Positions 56,601 to 64,000 of a DNA stretch of 64,000 nt are shown in pieces. This stretch comes from Cetorhinus maximus (lineage: Eukaryota), in contig NC_135890.1 in NCBI RefSeq assembly GCF_964194155.1, forward strand, positions 23,684,001 to 23,748,000, given 5' to 3'. Numbering within the stretch: the stretch's first letter is position 1; every line of letters starts with the position of its first letter. The translations under genes and the position numbers were made by a program. The notes beneath the pieces are model-generated. The model worked only from the letters and a program-made list of their open reading frames with translations, searched no databases and was not told where the DNA came from.

Positions 56601-58906
56601 CTGGAGTACTGTGTTCAAATCTCGGCATTCCTGGAAGGATGTCAAGGGTGCAGTTATGTGGAAAAGATGAGGTTTTTCTCCTTAGAGAAAGAAGGTTAAG
56701 AGTAGGTTTTAAGGAGGTGTTCAAAGTCTTGAAGGATTTTGATACAGTTTATAAGGAGAAACTGTTTCCAGTGACAAATAGGTCGGTAACACAAATTTAA
56801 GGATAGCTTTATCAAAGAGTTGGCACAAGCATGATGCGTCAAATGTTTTCCTTCTGTGTTTTATAGTACTACTATTGTATTCTAAAAGGGATTAACTGAT
56901 ATCCCAGGGATCAGGATCCTGACTCTCTGGATTGACCACTTACCTTCTCCTTAACAAATTCCACAGTCTGGTGAGTGTGCATCAGCCGATACGTGTTCAG
57001 TACCCGATGTTGGAGGAATCCAGACTGAACAAAAGCAAACCACACCCTTATTAAATATTTCCTTCTTACCCCTCTACACATGACAGAAGCATTAAAGTTG
57101 ACCCTTGCACTGTATTTCCATGCGTATATGAAACACACCCTACCAGCCACTGCAACACCCAGTACTGCTCTCCTCCCCTCCTGCTACTGCTCTCCCCGTT
57201 TCTCAGTTCTCCCTTCCTCTGCCCTAGTACTGTTCTCTCCCCACCCCTTGGGTACTCCTATACTGCCCTATCACCTCCAACAACCAGCTCCCTCCCTCCC
57301 CCACCCCAATTACTGCTATCTCCCCTTAGATACTCCTCTCTTCTCCGCCTCCCCCCCCCCCAAACCTGGCATTCCTGCACACCCACCCCAGTGTGATCTC
57401 TACCCCTGGGTACTGCTCTCCACCCCACCCCGGTACTTTTTTCTTCTTTTCCCCAACTCATTGGTACTGCTCTTCACTCCCTGTTACTGCTCTGCCCCCC
57501 TCCCCCCCCAGCACTGGTCTCTGTCCTGGTGTCATTTCATGTGATGTTGTGACTTACCTGGAAGTTCCTGTATGTGACCTTTTCTTCAGTGTTGGTCTGA
57601 ACTTCAGTCTGGCCACACTCCTGCCCCAAGGCGTTGGTGGGCTTTAAATTCTGTAATGAACAGCTGGTTAGTGGATCCAAAAGAAAGATTACTTTATCTC
57701 ACACCTGATGACATCTCTCAAGAAACAGCTAACATTCAAAGAATTTAGAAGTTTAGTCACTTGTTAATGTGATAATAGAATCTCACAAACAACAGTCAGA
57801 TAAATGACCAGATAATATGTTTTTAGTGATATTTTTTGAGAGATAAATATTGTCCAGGACTCCTTCCAATAATGGCCATGGAATTTTATAAATTAATTTG
57901 ACACACAGGTAGGAGCCACTCTTTAAAAATCCCTGTTGTTTATGACAATCTGCGCTCTTGGTTGATCCTTTAACTTGGGACTGCTCATTATCTACCTTAC
58001 ACAATCTGTGCAACAACATGGGGCCGTGATTTGTAAGGTAAACCCAGAGCTGGAGAACGGGTAGTACAGAAACTGGAAATAACTGGGATAAAAGAAACAT
58101 ACCAAGGAAGGCCCAGAAGGGGAGTCAGATATGAGCGAACAGCATTCATTTGTACAATGAATAGTCCCTCCCCAAACTTCTGCACTGCTCCCTAGTCACA
58201 GAATAATAATAACAATAATAATCAAGGGATGTGAGCCCAGAGAGTTAATTCCCTGCCCGATCTTCACTTGATTGCTGCCCAATCCTTGCTTGATTCCCAC
58301 TAGTTTCTACCCTCACTTGATCCCAGCCTCTTAGAATTCTCAGCACAATACTGTAGCTACGTAAAGAGCCAGAAACATTAGAAATTGGGAACGGTGGGGA
58401 GAGGTAATAAGTGACTGAAAGGGAGAGAATGAAAGAAACAGACAGGGAGAATAAGACAGACAGCGAGAGAGTGAGAGAACAAGAGATGGAGGAACAAGAG
58501 AGACAGAAAATGAGAAAGTGAGAGCGAGAGAACTAGAGGGAGAGAAAGAGGGGGAGAATGAGAGATGGAGCAACAGAATGAGAGAAAGACAGAGAAAGCT
58601 AAATGAAAAAGACAGACCAATAGAGAGAGAGCAGAGAGTGACAGACCCAGGGCTCTCCCTCTATCTCACACAGAGCTAGGGCTCTCTTTTTTTTGTCTCT
58701 GTATTTCTATCTTTCTATTTCTCTCCCACCTCTGTCTCACTTTCTTTCTCTGTCTCTCCCTGTCTCTAGCTCTCCTTCTCTGTCAGTCTGTCCCTCTCTC
58801 TCTTTCTCTGTTTCTCCCCCATCCACAGTATTTTTACCATAAGCTTCAAAGTTCTGTTTTCTTTGGACAGACTCACCGTCTGGGACACATTCATGGCACT
58901 GCTCAT
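38534..58906 (-). CDS. MIOX: myo-inositol oxygenase, complete; 10 coding exons, 290 aa from ATG 58894 or 294 aa from ATG 58906
   Basis: Di-iron HD-domain ligand motifs intact: [53 protein letters not shown]; phases join into one ORF. Confidence 0.96.
39424..39536 (-). CDS. MIOX: MIOX exon 9
   Basis: atgcag|[37 protein letters not shown]|gtaagt, 113 nt. Confidence 0.95.
40209..40258 (-). CDS. MIOX: MIOX exon 8
   Basis: ttgtag|[16 protein letters not shown]|gtaact, 50 nt. Confidence 0.93.
41005..42290 (-). mobile_element. L2/CR1-group LINE 3' part with a nested plus-strand SINE at 41581-41898
   Basis: Same LINE family as 8770-10535; the SINE matches 1810-2172. Confidence 0.82.
42766..42833 (-). 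CDS. MIOX: MIOX exon 7
   Basis: ttgcag|[22 protein letters not shown]|gtaagc, 68 nt. Confidence 0.95.
43365..43500 (+). mobile_element. PLE terminal fragment with a decayed hammerhead motif
   Basis: CCGAAGA-AGAGTC-ATACG-GACTT-GAAT-CGTTAAC followed by the PLE tail. Confidence 0.75.
43622..43731 (-). CDS. MIOX: MIOX exon 6
   Basis: cttcag|[36 protein letters not shown]|gtaaga, 110 nt. Confidence 0.95.
44100..44450 (+). mobile_element. CR1 3' fragment
   Basis: [13 protein letters not shown]-type C-terminus and 3' UTR. Confidence 0.65.
44554..44621 (-). CDS. MIOX: MIOX exon 5
   Basis: ttatag|[22 protein letters not shown]|gtaagg, 68 nt. Confidence 0.95.
46685..48055 (-). pseudogene. PLE RT plus GIY-YIG endonuclease open segment (456 aa), disrupted
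   Basis: ORF track translation; upstream frameshifts; an insertion truncates the endonuclease. Confidence 0.9.
49557..49595 (+). ncRNA. Minimal type I hammerhead ribozyme motif (PLE terminal repeat)
   Basis: AGTT-CTGTTGA-A-GGGTT-ATGAG-GACTC-GAAA-CGTC-AACT. Confidence 0.62.
51155..54410 (+). mobile_element. CR1 ORF2 from endonuclease to 3' end (to ~53700), followed by another CR1 3' end
   Basis: [58 protein letters not shown]; frameshifted. Confidence 0.92.
54648..54810 (-). CDS. MIOX: MIOX exon 4
   Basis: ttgtag|[54 protein letters not shown]+G|gtaatc, 163 nt. Confidence 0.95.
55060..56875 (+). mobile_element. Decayed CR1 ORF2
   Basis: [23 protein letters not shown]. Confidence 0.8.
56944..57024 (-). 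CDS. MIOX: MIOX exon 3
   Basis: gttcag|[27 protein letters not shown]|gtaagt, 81 nt. Confidence 0.95.
57160..57510. repeat. C-rich degenerate tandem repeat (tactgctctccc)
   Basis: Recurrent TACTGCTCT followed by C-runs. Confidence 0.6.
57558..57650 (-). CDS. MIOX: MIOX exon 2
   Basis: ttacag|[31 protein letters not shown]|gtaagt; ends in the conserved (F/Y)RN(Y/F) motif. Confidence 0.8.
58877..58906 (-). CDS. MIOX: MIOX coding exon 1
   Basis: (MSSA)MNVSQT|gtgagt, gccATG Kozak context, phase 0. Confidence 0.65.
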
Positions 58907-58959
58907 TGTGTGGGTGTCTAAGCTTGATCTCACGCAGTTAAGCAGATTTCTGTAGGATG

Positions 58960-59102
58960 GTGAAAGGTCAATGTTCAGGGTCAACAATGTGACCTTTTTA
59001 CTCTTCATTAGACTATAGAGATATTGTGGGTTAATCATTCTAAGGGCAGCTTATTAATTATCTCCATACTACTTTCACCTCATTTACCTGATTAATAATC
59101 TC
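58960..59102 (-). promoter_or_regulatory. Candidate MIOX proximal promoter with nuclear-receptor and HNF1-like sites
   Basis: AAAGGTCA 58963-58970, TGTTCA 58972-58977, GGGTCA 58978-58983, TGACCTTT 58990-58997, GTTAATCATT 59030-59039, GATTAATAATC ~59090-59100. Confidence 0.45.
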
Positions 59103-59399
59103 ACCTCCAACTGCATTCTACATAGGTACAGCCTTTTAGCATCTTGACCTGTGTGTATGTGTCTGTCTGTGTATGAGTTTGTGTGTGTGTGTGGCTGCAG
59201 ATATGTGTCTGTCTCTCGCTGTGCATGTGTTCTCTGTGTGTGTGTGTGTGTGGTAAAAAGTTTTAAAATATGAACATTTCATGAAATCAGGAGACAAAAG
59301 TAAATGAAAATATAATGTTTATTGCTGTGTAATTTATTAATTCGTTTCATTTACCGGTTTACAGAGTTTGACGACATAACTATAAACATTCCAGTACAA

Positions 59400-62300
59400 A
59401 GAGTATACAGGGTAAATGCCTATTTGGAGGCAATAATCTGTAGCAAAGAGTTAGTTGTGCTTGGGATAACTGAAACATTGTTTAATAAAGAATAGGACTA
59501 GCAGTTAACTATTGCAGGCCAAAACATGTTTAGAAAGGATAGGGAAGGAAGAAGGTGGTGTGGGGTAGCTGTACTAATTAGCAATAATATGGCATTAGGA
59601 AAAAAGACATAACTAACATTAAGATAGAAACAGAATCCTTATGGATTGAGATAAAGGATAAGATAGACTGAATCACACTTACAGGAGTAAACTACTAACC
59701 ACCTAATTGTGAAAGGGAAGTGGAAAAATAATATGTAAGCAAATCTAAGAAATTAATAAAAGGCATGGAATAAAAATCCCGGGAGACTTCAACTAGATAA
59801 ACTAGTCAACCTTAGAGAGGATAAAACCCCAGGTCTGGATGGATTGTATTAACTCACATTAAAAGAAGTTATAGAAGAGATAGTGGAGACACCACTATCT
59901 ATGTATAAAAGTTCATCATAAAAAGGAAAAGAGAGCTTGGGAAGCCTAAGGTTCTCTGTTGCTTTCTCCATGGCAACATCTTGGTCAATCAGAGTCAACT
60001 TGCCAACCAATCAGCACACTTTTCTCCTGTAGTATAAATTGTTTTGATTGTTTGAAATTTGGCATTCTTGTGTTTGTCCTGATGTATGCAAGATGAAAAG
60101 CTTCAGCAACATGTCACTCTTTTCAGCAATGCTTAAGAAAAGGGAGATGTGAGAGGTGTGAGGTGATTCATTTTGGCAGGAAAGATATGGTGAGGAAGTA
60201 TAAATAAAGGCAGGGCCTGTAAAGGAGGTGCAGGAACAGAGGGACCTCAGTGTATACATATATAGGTTATTGAAGATGGCAGAGTATGTTGAGAGAGCAG
60301 TTATTAAAGCATATAGTATCTTAGACCTTATTAATAGGGCCATTGAGTACAAGAGTAAAGAGGTCATGTTGAACTTATGTAAGATACTAGTTAGGCCTCA
60401 TCTGGAGTACTGCATCCAGTTCTGGGTGCCACACTTGAGGAAGGATGTGAATGCATTAGAGAGAGTACAGAAGAGATTCACAAAAATGTTTCCCAGGATG
60501 AAGAACTGTAGATATGAGGATAGATTGGAGAGGGGGGGATTGTTTTCCTTGGAGAAAAGAAGGCTGAGAGGAGACTTGATATCGGTATTCAAGATTCTGA
60601 GGGGTATGAACAGGGTAGATAGTGAGAAACTGTTCACACTCAAGAGAACATCAAGAACTAGAGGGCACAGAATCAAAATAATTGGCAAAAGGAGCAAAGG
60701 TGATGTGAGGAAAAAATGTTTTCACCCAGAGGGTGTTTGGAGTCTAGAACAACCTTCCTGAAAGGGTGGTGGAGGCAGGTTCGATCGAGGTATTCAGAAA
60801 GGAATTGGATTGCTACCTGAAAAAGAGAGAATGTGCAAGGCTACATAAGAATATTAGAAATAGGAGCAGGAGTAGGCCTTTTGGCCCCTCAAGCTTGCCC
60901 CACCATTCAACAAGATCATGGCTGATCTGCCCCAGGCCTCAACTCCTCTTTCAGTGCCAGCTCCTCATAGCCCTCAACTCCCCGATATTTCAAAAATCTA
61001 CCCCCTCTTTACGAGGATAGGACAGGGGAGTGAGACTAAGTGGAATGCTCTTTCAGAGAGCCAGTGCAGACTCAATGAGCCGAATGGCCTCCTTCTGCAC
61101 TGTAAAGATACTGTGATAGTGGGAGTTCTGCCAGCAGGCAGCTATTGTTATTGCTTTACATAAAAAGAGAAATAGAACAAGTCCAGAGAACTACAGACCA
61201 ATTAGCGTAATGTGGATGACAGGAAAGATAATTGAATCCTTGATCAAATATGTAACAAAGAAACATCTAGAAATTGAAAGTATAATAAAGTCAGTGAGCA
61301 TGGATTGTCAAATTGACAAACATAATTGAATTATTTGAAGAAGTAACAGAAAAAGTAGATAAGCGTAATGTAGTAGAGGTAAAAATTTGGATTTTCTAAA
61401 GGCCTTCAATAAGGCACCACATAGACTCATGTTAGAACAGATGGAGTGAGGGGAACAGGCAATATAATGGATTGCAACCTGGTTACAAAACAGAAAACAG
61501 AGTGCAAAGATTAAAGGTGCTTATTCAGACTGACAAAAGGTAGGGACTCGTGTTCCACAAGAATTGTGCTGGGACCACTGGTGTTCACCATTTACACTGA
61601 TCATTTGGACTTGTAATCAGAGGTACAATTTCAAAGCTTCAAGACACCAAACTGGGGGATGTAGATGATACTGGGAAGAATATGATAAAATACATGAAGA
61701 CATTAATAAACTTGCAGAATGGATGTGTAATTGACAAATTTTCAATATAGATATGTGTGAGATGGTAGGAAGATAAGGAAGCCACCTACAGCTTGGTAAT
61801 AGTCTAAATGGAATACAGGAGCAAAGAGATCTGGGATGTAGAGAGACTAATTACTAAAAGCAGGTTAATATAGCCATTTAAAAAAAAACAGGCACTGGTG
61901 TTCATTTCTAGATGGATAGAATTGAAAAGCAGAGATGTTACATTAAATCTGTATAGAACCTTGGTTCGATCACACTTGAACTACTGTGCATAGTTCTGGT
62001 TTCCATATTATAAAAAGGGTATAAAGGCGCTGGAGAAGTTGCAAAAAAAATTCACAAGGATGATACCAGAACTGAGAGGTTATAACAATCAAGAAAGGCT
62101 GAACAAGCTGGGGCTCTTTTCCCTAGAAAAGAGAAGATTAGGGGATGACTTAATAAAGGTCTTTAAGATTTTTAAAGGGTTTGAAAGTGGATGTAAAACT
62201 GTTGTTTCCTCTTGTGACGGAGTCCAAAACTAGTGGCCATCAATATGAGCTAGTCACTAATAAATCTAATAGAGCATTCAGGAGAAATGACTTTAACCAG

Positions 62301-62525
62301 AGTGTGGCTAGAATGTGAAACTCACAACTGCAAGGAGTAACTGAGTCAACTAGTATTGATGCTTTTAAGGGAAAGCTGGATGAGCACATGAGAGAGAAAG
62401 AAATAGAAGGATATGTTGATGGGGTTCGATAAAATTGGTTGTGAGGAGACTCATGTGGAGCATAAATACCAGAGCAGACTAGTTGGACCAAATGGCCTGT
62501 TTCTATGCTGTAAACCCTATGTAAC
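59400..62525 (+). mobile_element. Nested decayed CR1 fragments
   Basis: 177-aa C-terminal segment at 60228-60761; RT remnants at 61190-62200. Confidence 0.8.
59950..60130 (+). mobile_element. Second-family PLE-type terminal repeat: promoter-like motifs plus a decayed hammerhead
   Basis: TTCTCCATGGCAAC 59964-59977, CCAAT ~60007, TATAAA 60033-60038, TTGTC-CTGATGT-ATGCAAGAT-GAAA-AGCTTC-AGCAA 60074-60109. Confidence 0.55.
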
Positions 62526-62688
62526 TCTACACTATCTCATCAAACACTCCCAGGAGAGGTACAGCACATTAGATCCAGAATAAAGCTCCTTCTACACTCC
62601 TTCTACAGAGTAAAGCTCCCTCTACACTCAAACACTCCCCAGGGCTGGTGTAGCACACGTTAGACCCAGAGTGAATCTCCCTCCACAT
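62525..62688 (+). repeat. ~67-bp dispersed tandem repeat, ~2.5 rearranged units
   Basis: Same unit as 4661-4773. Confidence 0.8.
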
Positions 62689-63469
62689 TCAGAGATGTAG
62701 AGAGAATGAATGATGTGGACAGACCGATTAGCGAGGGAGAGAAAGCGAGAGTAAGACAGAGTTGGAGAGTCCATAAAAGATTCCATGTAGATTATGTTGT
62801 TGTTGTGTTTATTGTCTATGGGATTAAATGGTTGTTTTAACTGGGGACTTTGTGGAAGGTAACTGGAATCTGTTCCATGACTATGAGGAACTCAAGGTTC
62901 AGTAAATTTCAGAAATGTTAATAGTTGAATGTTTCCCAAATCTCTTACTCTATTAACTGGGATTAAAACTAACAGAAGATGTGAGAGTACCCAAGTTTTA
63001 CTAGCTGGAGCCTGTTCGAGCAGCTTTGAGAGGAAGGGACTTGGGTCAGTCCAACGTAAAACTGCCTCTGTCAGCACCTAGTTACTCAGTACAAAATGGA
63101 AAATATTTTTCCTCTGGCAGAGCGTGTAAGGTCTGTCCTCTCCATGAACAACAATTAACTAATATCCCGAGGGAATCAATGACCCAAGCAACAAGTCCAA
63201 AAATGCAAAGATCATATATGCCCTAATTCTCTATCACAAAAACAACCCATGAACATTCTAACCTTCCAATAGCTGGATGAACCGAGTGAAACTGGCTGCT
63301 ATTTGCAGATTGCAAGATTCTGATTACATTTGCAACAACTCTTATCCGTTAAAAGCTGAACTGCAGCAGCACATGAAAACCAGCTTATAGTGTCCCACAT
63401 GGAATGTGATCATCTGCACATTGTCACAGACACATGCTCTCACATGTGCATGCACATTCAACAACAATA

Positions 63470-64000
63470 ATAACAACAACTTGCATTTATATTGTACCTT
63501 TAACATTGTAACATATCCCCAGGCTCTTCAAAGGAGCATTATGAAACAAAATTTGACATCAAGCCACATGAGATACCAGGAAAGATAACCAAAAGCTTCG
63601 TCAAAGAAGTAGATTTTAAGGATCGTCTTCAAGCAGGAGAGGCAGGCAGAGAGATTTAGGAAGGGAAGTCCAGGTCTTAGGATCTAGGCAGCTGAAAGCA
63701 CAACTGCCAATTGTGGAGTGATTAAAATAAGGGGTGAGCAAGAGGCCAGACCAGGAGGAGCGCAGAGATCTCAGTGAGTTGTGGTGCTACAAGGAGGTTA
63801 CAGAGATGGGAGGGATGTGGCCATGCGGGGTTTTGAAATCAAGTGAGAAGATAAGAATGGAACCAGGTGAATGCAGTCCCACCCAGCTGGATGACCGAAG
63901 AGAAACACTGGAGCAGGATGATGTGATCAACCATTTTAAAAGCTGCAAAAAGGCAAGAAGAATGAGGTGGGATAGATTACCTCAATCACAGTCAACAGGA
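63470..64000 (-). mobile_element. L2-like LINE 3' end
   Basis: (AAC)n-ttgcatttata tail; similar to 1275-1810. Confidence 0.6.

Noticed and set aside
57080-57544. 154-aa Pro/Leu-rich ORF
   Set aside because: Translation of a C-rich degenerate repeat, antisense in MIOX intron 2
527-58906. Minor-spliceosome or GC-AG introns
   Set aside because: All reconstructed donors are ordinary GT without the RTATCCTT signature
58900-64000. TonE/ORE osmotic response element upstream of MIOX
   Set aside because: The TGGAAA matches I inspected (~59721, ~63098) do not fit TGGAAANNYNY; the search was by eye and not exhaustive

Overview
This is vertebrate genomic DNA, very probably an elasmobranch (shark), judged from its repeat families and protein divergence. 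Three spliced genes were rebuilt exon by exon, with GT-AG boundaries and consistent phases. NCAPH2 (minus strand) has 8 coding exons at 527-10775 and runs off the left edge, with a probable non-coding leader exon near 16989-17120. LMF2 (plus strand) has 14 coding exons at 17625-35822 (711 aa). MIOX (minus strand) has 10 coding exons at 38534-58894/58906 (290/294 aa). NCAPH2 and LMF2 share a CpG-rich head-to-head promoter, and LMF2 and MIOX are tail-to-tail, the same arrangement as human 22q13.33. Introns are filled with decayed CR1 and L2/CR1-group LINEs, tRNA-derived SINEs, a Gypsy LTR relic, a 34-bp minisatellite and many Penelope-like element (PLE) pieces. The most notable non-genic signal is the PLE system. 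It includes a near-full-length RT+GIY-YIG element with inverted ends and short hairpin-shaped non-autonomous insertions with target-site duplications. It also includes about 10 minimal hammerhead-ribozyme motifs from two families, one with a recurring non-canonical core (CUGUUGA). An unexplained ~67-bp repeat recurs as dispersed short tandem arrays. All analysis was by eye; TE boundaries are approximate, and comparisons to human or fish proteins are from memory.
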